The notes below the pieces were generated by a model. The model worked only from the letters and a program-made list of their open reading frames with translations, did not search any database and had not been told where the DNA came from. Below, one piece after another: positions 52,394 through 61,546 of a DNA stretch of 64,000 nt (positions within the stretch are counted from its first letter, which is position 1; each line of letters starts with the position of its first letter). Made by a program: the position numbers and the translations under genes. Source of the stretch: an uncultured Planctomycetaceae bacterium (GTDB taxonomy: Bacteria; Planctomycetota; Planctomycetia; Isosphaerales; Isosphaeraceae); the NCBI GenBank assembly GCA_963833985.1, contig CAWIAD010000001.1, positions 864,001-928,000 of the forward strand, read 5' to 3'.

Positions 52394-55275
52394 TCAATCG
52401 ACGAACAGGAACTCGTTGGTGAGCATGAGCACCTGCGCGAGCTGGGCCACGGGCGAGAGGGAACCGGCCGGAGCGTCCGCATGCTCCAGAAACGCAGTCC
52501 CGAGCTCCAGCTCGGAGGGTTGAGGCGAACGCCCCAGGACGCGCCGATAGAGCAGAGCCACGCGGCCGGCGGCCGGATTGACGCCTGAGCTTATGTTTGC
52601 GCTGGCGCCGGCGTTCGCCTCGTGCTCGACGTCCGCGGCCAGCGTGCCGGCCTGTTGCTGGATGAATGGGCTGTTCATCAGGAAGAGCGCCTGCTGGGGC
52701 ACGGTGGTGATGAACCGCCTGGAGCTGGTGGCGTCGGGCACGGCGAAATCAAAGGTGCGGTAGACGCCGTCCAGGTTCTGGCGGTCGATGAAGCCGTAAA
52801 TCGTGCGCCGCGGGGGGAAGGGCGGCTCCATGAGCACGACCGGCGGCCCGCCCATGGCCGTATCGAGGCGCCGGCGACGGCCAGCACAGAGTCACGCAGC
52901 GTCTCGAGGTCGAGCCGCTGGCGGTTGTAGCGCCAGACCCAGCGGTTCTGAGGGTCGCGGGCAAGGCACTCGGGCCGGGGGTCGCTGGCCTGCTGGTAGG
53001 TGCTCGAGAGCATGATCCGCCGGTGCAGTGCCTTGATCGACCAGCCCTCGTCGATGAACAGGCGCGCCAGGTGGTCGAGCAACTCGGGATGTGACGGCGG
53101 GTCGCTGCGCAGGCCGAAGTCGCTGGGCGTGGTCACGAGTCCCTGGCCGAAATGCCAGTGCCAGACGCGGTTGACCAGCACCCTTGCGGTGAGCGGGTTG
53201 GCCGGATCGGCGACGGCCTGCGCCAGCTCCATCCGCCCGCTCCCCTTGCGGAACGGCTGGCGGTTCGGGCCCGCGAGCAACCGGAGGAACTGGCGAGGGA
53301 CGGCCTTGCCGGGACGGCCCGGATTGCCGCGCACGAAGACTTGCGGCTCCGTGGGCTGGGGCGCGTCGACCAGGACCATCGCGCGTCCGGCCTTGCCCGC
53401 GGATTTCGCTTCGATCTGCTTGACCGTGTTCTCCAGTTTGGTGTACTGCTTCCGCTGAACCGCGGACAGCACCAGCCGTGGGTTCTCGGCCGCGGTGGCG
53501 AGCACGCCACCCGGAGCGAAGAGGGCCTGGCGGAGCGACTCCCCTGCGGACGCCAGGGGGGACGGCTCCTTGCCCGCACGCTTCTCCTGGTTGCTCAGCA
53601 CTCCGACGTAGCGATCCACGAGTTCATCCAGGCTCTTCGGCAGCGGCTCGCGCAGGGCCCGAGCGAGAAGCGGATGAAGCGGGGACGGTTGCCGCGTGAG
53701 CAGGTCGGCAGCCCTGGACGCAAACTGGCCGGACGGCACGTCGCCCAGTGCCTTGAGCGGTCCAACGAAGGGATGGTCCGGCTGAATCATGCCAAGCCCG
53801 CGCTTCCAGAGCAGGATGGCGGCACGAAGCCGCTGGGGATCGATCTGCTCGGCCCGGGCGCGCTCGTCCAGTCGGGAACTGCGGGGGTCAAGCTGGAGGT
53901 CGTACGCGGCTTTGAGGTAAGTCGAGTAGCGAGCCTGGAGGAACTTGAATAACTGAGCGCGACGGTCGCTCAGGTACTGGTCTCGCTCCTTTCGTGCCTT
54001 GTCCAGCTCGCCCTTGTGGGCCTCGGCTTGAGGATCTGGCGTTTCGCCGGGACGATCCAGCCGGGGCAGGTCGTCAGGTTCCAGGCAACTGGCAAAGACG
54101 CCGTACAGAGCGTAGTAGTCCTCGGCGGGGATCGGGTCGTACTTGTGGTCGTGGCAGCGGGCGCAGCCGATCGTCAGGCCCATCAGTCCGCGGCCAACGA
54201 CGTCGATGCGGTCGTCGATGATCTCGTTCCGATCGTTCAGGAAGCGCCGGCCGACCGTGAGAAACCCCATGGCCGCCAGCGGTCTCGGGTCGCCATGCAG
54301 GTCGAGCTGATCGGCGGCAAGCTGCTGGATCAGGAAGCGGTCGTACGGCAGGTCGGCGTTGAAGGACCGGATCACGTAGTCGCGATAGGTGTAGCTGAAG
54401 GGATACTTGCGCTCTTCCTGGAAGACGTAGCCCTTGGTGTCGGCGTAGCGTGCCACGTCCAGCCAGTGCCGTCCCCAGCGTTCGCCATAGAGCGGCGAGG
54501 CCAGCAGCCGGTCGACCACCCGTGCGAAGGCATCGGGGTGGGGATCGTTCACGAACGTGTCGATCTCGGCCGCGGTTGGCGGGATGCCCAGGAGATCGAG
54601 CGTGGCCCGGCGCAGCAGCGTGCGGCGGTCCGACGGCGGCGAGGGCTCGAGCCCCTCCCGTTCCAGCCGTGCCAGGACGAAGGCATCCACCGGTGTACGG
54701 ACCCAGGCAGAGTTCTTGACCTCCGGCGGGCTCAAGGGCCGGACCGGCGTGAAGGCCCAGTGCCGGGTTGCCGGATCAGGCGTGCCCGCGGTTGCAACGG
54801 CATGCGCGCCAGCCGGGCGCGCGGCCCACGGAGCACCCAGCTCGACCCAGCGCCGCAGTGCGGCCACCTGAGCGTCGGGCAGCTTGCCACGCGGGGGCAT
54901 CTTCAGCTCCTCGTGGCTGTGAGCAACGGCCTGGACGAGCAGGCTGGCGCCAGGTTGCCCCGGAACGATGGCCGGCCCGGATGCCCCTCCCTTCAGGATG
55001 GCTTCTCGGCTGTCCAGCCGCAGCCCCGATGAGCTCTTGTCCGGGCCGTGGCATTTCTGGCACGACTGGACGAGCACGGGCCGCACCGCGGTCTCGAAGA
55101 AATCCATGGCGGCGCGGTCGGCAGCCGCGGAGTCGCCGGCTCGAGCAGAGCCGGTCAAAACCAGACTCAGCACCAGGGCCAGGGTTCCTGGAACCGTGAA
55201 CAGTCTCGCTGGCGCGGACCTGCCATCTTCCGGGACGTTCACATCAGCGATCCGAACTTCCGGCTGGCTGTTCAT
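52394..55275 (-). CDS. PSD1 / planctomycete cytochrome c domain protein (DUF1549/DUF1553), frameshift ~52865
   Basis: CQKCH, HWAF, YGERWGRHWLDVARYAD, CARCHDH, NPLTARVLVNRVW, PSHPELLD, PQQALFLMN. Confidence 0.92.
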
Positions 55276-55418
55276 GTGGCAGGCGCCGCGGTGTGTCTTG
55301 AAGGCAGGGCAGGGTCTGACGCTCGTTCGCTACGGGCGGGGCAAGGGCAAGCCCGGCAACCTGCCCGATCGTCCATGATGGCAGATCCCGATGTTCTTCA
55401 GCAATCCGGATTTCCTCG

Positions 55419-55465
55419 TTGACACCCCGAAGTGCCCGTTTACAATGTGGACTGACCGGTCAGTC
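55419..55465 (+). promoter_or_regulatory. Sigma-70 promoter with TetR operator
   Basis: TTGACA (55419-24), 16-nt spacer, TACAAT (55441-46); perfect palindrome GACTGACCGGTCAGTC (55450-65) over the predicted start site. Confidence 0.85.
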
Positions 55466-55486
55466 AGGAGGCGGAGACGTCCACGC

Positions 55487-56212
55487 ATGCAAGATATCGG
55501 TGAGAAGAAGACGAAGCGCTGCTGTTCGGACGAGGAGATGTCCGCGCGGTGCGAGGAGATCCTGGCCACGGCGACGGCACTGTTCGCCGAGCACGGTTTC
55601 TCGGACGCGATGACCCAGGCCCTGGCCGACCGTCTCAAGGTTGGCAAGGGGACGATCTACCGCCATTTCAAAAGCAAACGCGAACTTTTCCTGGCCGCGG
55701 CGGATCGGGTGATGCGGAAGATGCAGGAGTCGATCCTGGACAACATCGCCGGGGTCGATGATGGGCTCGAGCAGGTCGCGCGTGCCATCCAGGCGTTCCT
55801 CAGGTTCTTCGCGGAGCATCCCGAGTATGTGGAGCTGCTCATCCAGGAGCGGGCGCAGTTCAAGGACCGCAAGCGGCCGACTTACTTCGAGCATCGGGAA
55901 GTGAACGTGGTGCGCTGGCGTGTGCTTTACACGCAGTTGATCGCCGAGGGCCGGGTGCGCGAAATGCCGGCCGAGCAGATCACCAACGTGGTCGGCAACT
56001 TGATCTACGGCACCATGTTCACGAATTACTTCATCGGCCAGGCGAAGCCCGTGGACGAGCAGGCCGAGGAGATCCTCGACATCGTCTTCCGCGGCATCCT
56101 CACCCCCCAGGAGCAGGCCCGCAGAAGCGTGGCGCGCCGGGATCCTGCCCACGAGAGCAACGGCATCCACGCCGTAACATCGCCGCAATCCACCCAGATT
56201 GTGAACCTCTGA
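55487..56212 (+). CDS. TetR/AcrR family transcriptional regulator
   Basis: EILATATALFAEHGF...LKVGKGTIYRHFKSKRELF; start ATG 55487 lies downstream of the promoter and AGGAGG. Confidence 0.93.
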   Translation: MQDIGEKKTKRCCSDEEMSARCEEILATATALFAEHGFSDAMTQALADRLKVGKGTIYRHFKSKRELFLAAADRVMRKMQESILDNIAGVDDGLEQVARAIQAFLRFFAEHPEYVELLIQERAQFKDRKRPTYFEHREVNVVRWRVLYTQLIAEGRVREMPAEQITNVVGNLIYGTMFTNYFIGQAKPVDEQAEEILDIVFRGILTPQEQARRSVARRDPAHESNGIHAVTSPQSTQIVNL

Positions 56213-56256
56213 TCAAACGCGGTACTCATTCTTCGATCGATGGAGGCTGGATTTTC

Positions 56257-57774
56257 ATGATTCGCCGCCTTTGTGCAGGGCTGATCCTGGCCGCTGGCGC
56301 GGCTGTGGCCGCCGGTTGCGGGCAGGCCAACTCCCAGACCGCCCGGCCGCCGACGCCGGTTACCGAGGTCGTCTATGACTTGCCGATCACCCGGGTCGTG
56401 ACCGACTACGAGGACTTTCCCGGCCGGACCGATGCCATCTATACGGTGAGTGTGCGGGCGCGGGTGTCGGGATACCTCAAGCGCGTTTACTTCTTGGATG
56501 GCCAGGAGGTCCATAAAGGCGACCTGCTGTTCAAGATCGATCCCCGCCCCTTCCAGGCCACGCTCGACCGGGCCAAGGCCATGCTCGAACAGGCCGAGGC
56601 GCACTCCCAGCGCCTGAACAACGAGTACCGCCGCGCCAAGGTGCTCTTCGAACAGGGCCGCTCGATCAGCCGCGAGGAATACGACCGCTATGCCTTCGAC
56701 CACGCGGAAGCGCAGGCGGCTCTGAGCACGGCCAAGGCCAATGTGGACCTCGCCCAGCTTGATCTGGACTGGACCGACGTCACGGTGGACCTGCCCGAAG
56801 GCGTGACCGGCCGGCTCAGCCGCCGTATGGTCGACCCGGGCAACCTGGTCAAGGCTGACGACACCATGCTCACCACGATCGTCAGCCAGGACCCGCTCTA
56901 CGTCTACTTCGACGTTCACGAGCAGGCCATGCTGCGCATCCGCCGGCTCATCCAGGATGGGAAGGTGAAGGCGAGGTCGGAAAAGGAAGTCCCCCTGCTC
57001 ATCGGCCTTTCGGACGAGAAGGACGTCGACGGGAACAATGTCTTCCCGCACCAGGGGATGGTCGACTTCACCGACAACCGCGTGGACGTGGACACCGGCA
57101 CATTGCGGTTCCGGGCCAAGCTGGCCAATTCGAGCGGACTGATCTCCCCCGGACTGTTCGTCAAGGCGCGGCTGCCGATCGGTGAGGCGCACCCCGCGCT
57201 CATGGTCCGTGAGCAGGCCTTGCAGTCCGACCAGGGTCTCAAGAAAGTCATCGTGCTGCGGGCCAAGGACGATCAGGGTGAGCCCTACTATCTGGAAGAG
57301 AGCCCGGGCAAGAGGCTGCTCAATCCCAAGGGCGAGCCGATCCCGGGGTACCGGCCGGAGGCTGTTGATGTGGGCGTGCCGGGCGTGCTCCGCGACGGCT
57401 TCCGTGAGATCCACAAGGGCGTCAAGGAAGGAGACCTGGTCGTCGTCCTGGGCATGCAGAAGATCCGTCTTGGCGAGGACCCGATCACCAAGAAGCCGTT
57501 CCTGGTCGCCGCCCGAGCGTTCAATGCGGATCGCGACGCGGCGGACCCGACCAGGCCGCGCACCAGCCCCGCCCCCGCCCCCGGCTCGGTCGTGGAGAAA
57601 CCGGCGGGCAACGGCGAGAAATCTCTGGCCGGCGACAAGCCGGCCGCCCCTCCGGCCAGGGCCGGTCAGGGCGCCGGGCCGGCTGCCGAGTCGAAGGGCC
57701 ACTCGCCGGCCTCTGGACGTGTCACCCCGGCGCTGAACAGTGGCTCCGGATCTGGTACCCACCGCGGCAGATGA
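56257..57774 (+). CDS. RND efflux periplasmic adaptor (MFP) lipoprotein
   Basis: Lipobox AAGC; VRARVSGYL, KGDLLFKIDPRPFQ, DNRVDVDTGT, PGLFV. Confidence 0.93.
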   Translation: MIRRLCAGLILAAGAAVAAGCGQANSQTARPPTPVTEVVYDLPITRVVTDYEDFPGRTDAIYTVSVRARVSGYLKRVYFLDGQEVHKGDLLFKIDPRPFQATLDRAKAMLEQAEAHSQRLNNEYRRAKVLFEQGRSISREEYDRYAFDHAEAQAALSTAKANVDLAQLDLDWTDVTVDLPEGVTGRLSRRMVDPGNLVKADDTMLTTIVSQDPLYVYFDVHEQAMLRIRRLIQDGKVKARSEKEVPLLIGLSDEKDVDGNNVFPHQGMVDFTDNRVDVDTGTLRFRAKLANSSGLISPGLFVKARLPIGEAHPALMVREQALQSDQGLKKVIVLRAKDDQGEPYYLEESPGKRLLNPKGEPIPGYRPEAVDVGVPGVLRDGFREIHKGVKEGDLVVVLGMQKIRLGEDPITKKPFLVAARAFNADRDAADPTRPRTSPAPAPGSVVEKPAGNGEKSLAGDKPAAPPARAGQGAGPAAESKGHSPASGRVTPALNSGSGSGTHRGR

Positions 57775-57813
57775 TGAGAAGGCTTCCCGGGATCTGATCA
57801 AGAGCACTCACCT

Positions 57814-60800
57814 GTGTTCACGCGCTTCTTCATTGAACGGCCGATCTTCGCCTCGGTCCTGTCCATCGCGATCACCCTGGCGGGGGGGCTGGCGCTCATG
57901 GCCTTGCCGATCGCCATGTTCCCCCTGATCGCGCCGCCCACGGTCTCGGTCACTTGCCAGTATCCCGGTGCCAGCGCGCAGGTCGTTGCCGAGACGGTGG
58001 CTGCACCCATCGAACAGCAGGTCAACGGCGTCGAGAACATGATGTACATGTCGTCGGCCTGCACCAACGACGGCAACTACACGCTGACAGTCACGTTCAA
58101 GCAGGGCATCGACATGAACCTGGCCCAGGTTCTGGTCCAGAACCGGGTCTCGCTCGCCGTGCCCCTCTTGCCGGACGTGATCAAGGCCACCGGCGTGACC
58201 ACCAAGAAACGCTCGCCCGACATCCTGCTTGCCATTGGTCTCTACTCGCCGCAAACCCCGGATTATCCCAACGGCCGCTACGACCAGCTTTATTTGAGCA
58301 ACTACGCCTACATGCGGGTGCGCGACGAGATGGCCCGGCTGCCGGGCGTCAGCGACGTCACCATGTTCGGCCAGCGCGACTACAGCATGCGCATCTGGCT
58401 GGACCCGGACAAGCTTGCCCAGCGGTACATGACCGCAGGCGATGTGGTGCGGGCCCTCCGCGAGCAAAACCTTCAGGTTGCCGCCGGCTCGGTGGGCCAG
58501 TCCCCGATCGTCCGCGGCCAGCTCACGCAGGTGACCATCAGCACGCTCGGCCGCCTGGTCGATGCCGACCAGTTTGACAAGATCGTCATCAAGACCACCC
58601 GCGACGGCCGAATGGTCCGCATTCGCGACGTCGGCACCGTGGAGCTGGGTGCCAAGAACCAGGACATGAGCAGCGCCGTCGGCGTCCTGGACGAGCAGGG
58701 CGAGCTGCATGTCTACCCGGTGGCCAACCTGGCCATCTTCCAGCTTCCTGACGCCAACGCCCTGGAGACGGCGGACCTGGTGAAGGCCAAGATCGAGGAG
58801 CTCAAGAAAGAGTTCCCCGAGGGCGTCGACTACATGATCCGCTACGACACCACTCCGTTCATCCGCGAATCGATCCAGGAAGTGTTCAAGACGCTGCTCG
58901 ATTCGGTGATGCTCGTGGCGCTCGTGGTGCTGCTCTTCCTCCAGAACTGGCGCTCGGCGCTGATTCCGCTCATCGCCGTGCCGGTGGCCATTATCGGCAC
59001 CTTCGCCGTCATGGCGGCGTTCGGCTTCTCCCTCAACAACCTCACGCTATTCGGCCTGGTGCTGGCCATCGGCATCGTGGTGGACGACGCCATCGTGGTG
59101 GTGGAGGCCGTCGAGCATCACATCGAGCGCGGTATGGCGCCCAAGGAAGCGACGCTCCAGGCCATGAGCGAGGTCTCCGCGCCGGTGATCGCGGTGGGGC
59201 TGGTGCTCACGGCCGTGTTCGTGCCATGCGCGTTCATCTCGGGAATCACTGGCCAGTTCTTCCGCCAGTTCGCGCTCACGATCGCCTCCTCGACGGTCCT
59301 CTCCACCATCAACTCGCTCACCCTCAGCCCGGCGCTGGCGGCCCTGCTATTGCGCCGCGCCAGCCGGGCGAGCACCATGCCCTGCCGCGGCTGGCATTTG
59401 CGGCGCTGGGGGCATGGCTGGGGTATGTCTGGATCGGTCCATATGTCCTGCCCTACATGCAACATTCCGGGCTCATGAGCCGCACTGTCACGGCCAGCAT
59501 TCTGCCGGAGGTGAACGGCGAGTCCGCACTCACGCCCGCGGTCGCCGCCGGGATTGTGGGGGGCCTGATCGGCGGCCTTGTCGGCTGGCTGCTGAGCAAG
59601 ACCTGCAACTGGCTGCTCGGCAAGTTGTTTGACCTCTTCAACCTCGGGTTCGCGGCCACGGCCGGGCTCTACACCCGCGTGATCAGCGGCATGCTTCGCG
59701 TGTTCGTGCTGGTGTTCCTGGTTTACGTGGGCCTGCTGTTCCTCACCGGGCAGAAGTTCAGCAGCACCCCGCGCGGGTTCATCCCCTCGCAGGACATGGG
59801 CTACATCCTGGTCAATATCCAGCTCCCAGACTCGGCCTCGCTGGAGCGCACCCAGCGGGTCATCCGGCAGATCAACGAAATCGCGGTGCGGACCGATGGC
59901 GTTTCGGCCACTGTGGGCATTGCCGGACAGTCGCTCTTGCTGAACGCCTTCGGGTCGAACTTCGGCACCATGTTCGTGACTCTCAAGGAGTTCAAGGAGC
60001 GGCCCGCGCCCGGCGGAGCGTTCTTCAAAGCCGAGAACTGGCTGCGGAAGCAGCTGGGCTTGAAAGAGAAGAAGGACGTGCCCGACGTCTACTACGAGGT
60101 CATCCTGAACAAGCTCCGCGGGCAACTCGGCAAGCTCATTCCCGAGGCCAACATCGCGCTCTTCGGCCCTCCCCCGTTGCGCGGGGTCGGGCGGGCCGGC
60201 GGCTGGATGGTCATGATGGAGGACCGCGGCGACCTCGGTGCCCCGGTGCTCCAGAAAGAGGTGGAGAACCTCGTCCGCAAGGCGAACGAGGGCATCGACG
60301 TGAATGGTGCCCGGATCGTGCGCACGCCACCCCAGCCGGGAAAGCCGCCGGCACCCGGCCCGCAATCGGCCGTCATGGGGCTGGCGTCCGTCTTCCGGGC
60401 CAACATTCCCCAGGTCTACCTTGACGTCGACCGCACGGCCTGCATGCTCAAGGGGGTGCAGCTTCAGGATGTGTTCATGACACTGCAAGCCTATCTCGGC
60501 TCGCTCTACGTGAACGACTTCAATCGCTTCGGCCGCACCTGGCAGGTAATCGTCCAGGCCATGCCCAAGTACCGCGACCAGAAGGACGACATCAGCCGTT
60601 TGCAGGTGCGCAACAACCGCGGCACGATGGTGCCCCTTGGCGCAGTGGCCTCGGTGCGGGAGATCAACGGGCCGCTCGTACTCACCCGCTACAACATGTA
60701 TCCGGCGGCGTCCATCAACGGCATGGCGGCGCCGGGTGTCAGCTCCGGCAGCGCGATCCACGCCATGGAACAGCTCTCCAACACCGAGCTTCCCCAGTCC

Positions 60801-61514
60801 ATGAGCTACGAGTGGACCGAGATGGCTTACCTCGAGCTGCTGGCCGGCAACACGGCGATCATCGTCTTCGGCTTCTCGATCGTGATGGTCTTCCTGGTGC
60901 TGGCCGCCCAGTTCGAGAGCTGGGCCATGCCGCTGGCGGTGATTCTGTCAGTGCCCCTGTGTATGCTCAGCGCCCTGTTCGGCGTGACCAACGCCAAATG
61001 GCTCGGCGCCAACAACACCAGCCTCGATATCAATATCTTCACCCAGATCGGCCTGGTGGTGCTGGTGGGACTGGCCAGCAAGAATTCGATCCTCATTGTC
61101 CAGTTCGCCAAGCTCATCCGCCACCGCGGTTACCCGATCCGCGAGGCCACTCTGGAGGCCTGCCGGCTGCGGCTGCGGCCGATCATCATGACCTCGATGG
61201 CCTTCGTCCTGGGTGTCATGCCCCTGCTGTACGCCCACGGAGCAGGGGCCGAGATGCGGCAGTCGCTGGGAGTGGCCGTCTTCAGCGGCATGATCGGCGT
61301 GACCTTCTTCGGAGTCATGCTCACCCCGGTCTTTTTTTACGTCATCGATTCGGTTGCCGAATCCCATATCTTCAGCAACCCCAGGGTGCGGCGGGTCGGG
61401 AAGATCCTGCTGGCGATCCTGCTGCCCGTGGTTCTCCTGCGTGAGCTCTTCCGCTTCAGCACCCGCCGGGCGTCGACAAGACTCGCCAAACCCAACAAGA
61501 ACGAAGAGCTGTAA
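57814..61514 (+). CDS. RND (HAE1) efflux permease 1, frameshift ~59355
   Basis: RFFIERPIFA, GIVVDDAIVVVE, LSPAL, GLASKNSILIV, RLRPIIMTS. Confidence 0.92.
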
Positions 61515-61546
61515 CTCTTCGATCACTCACTCTGTGAGGACTCGCC

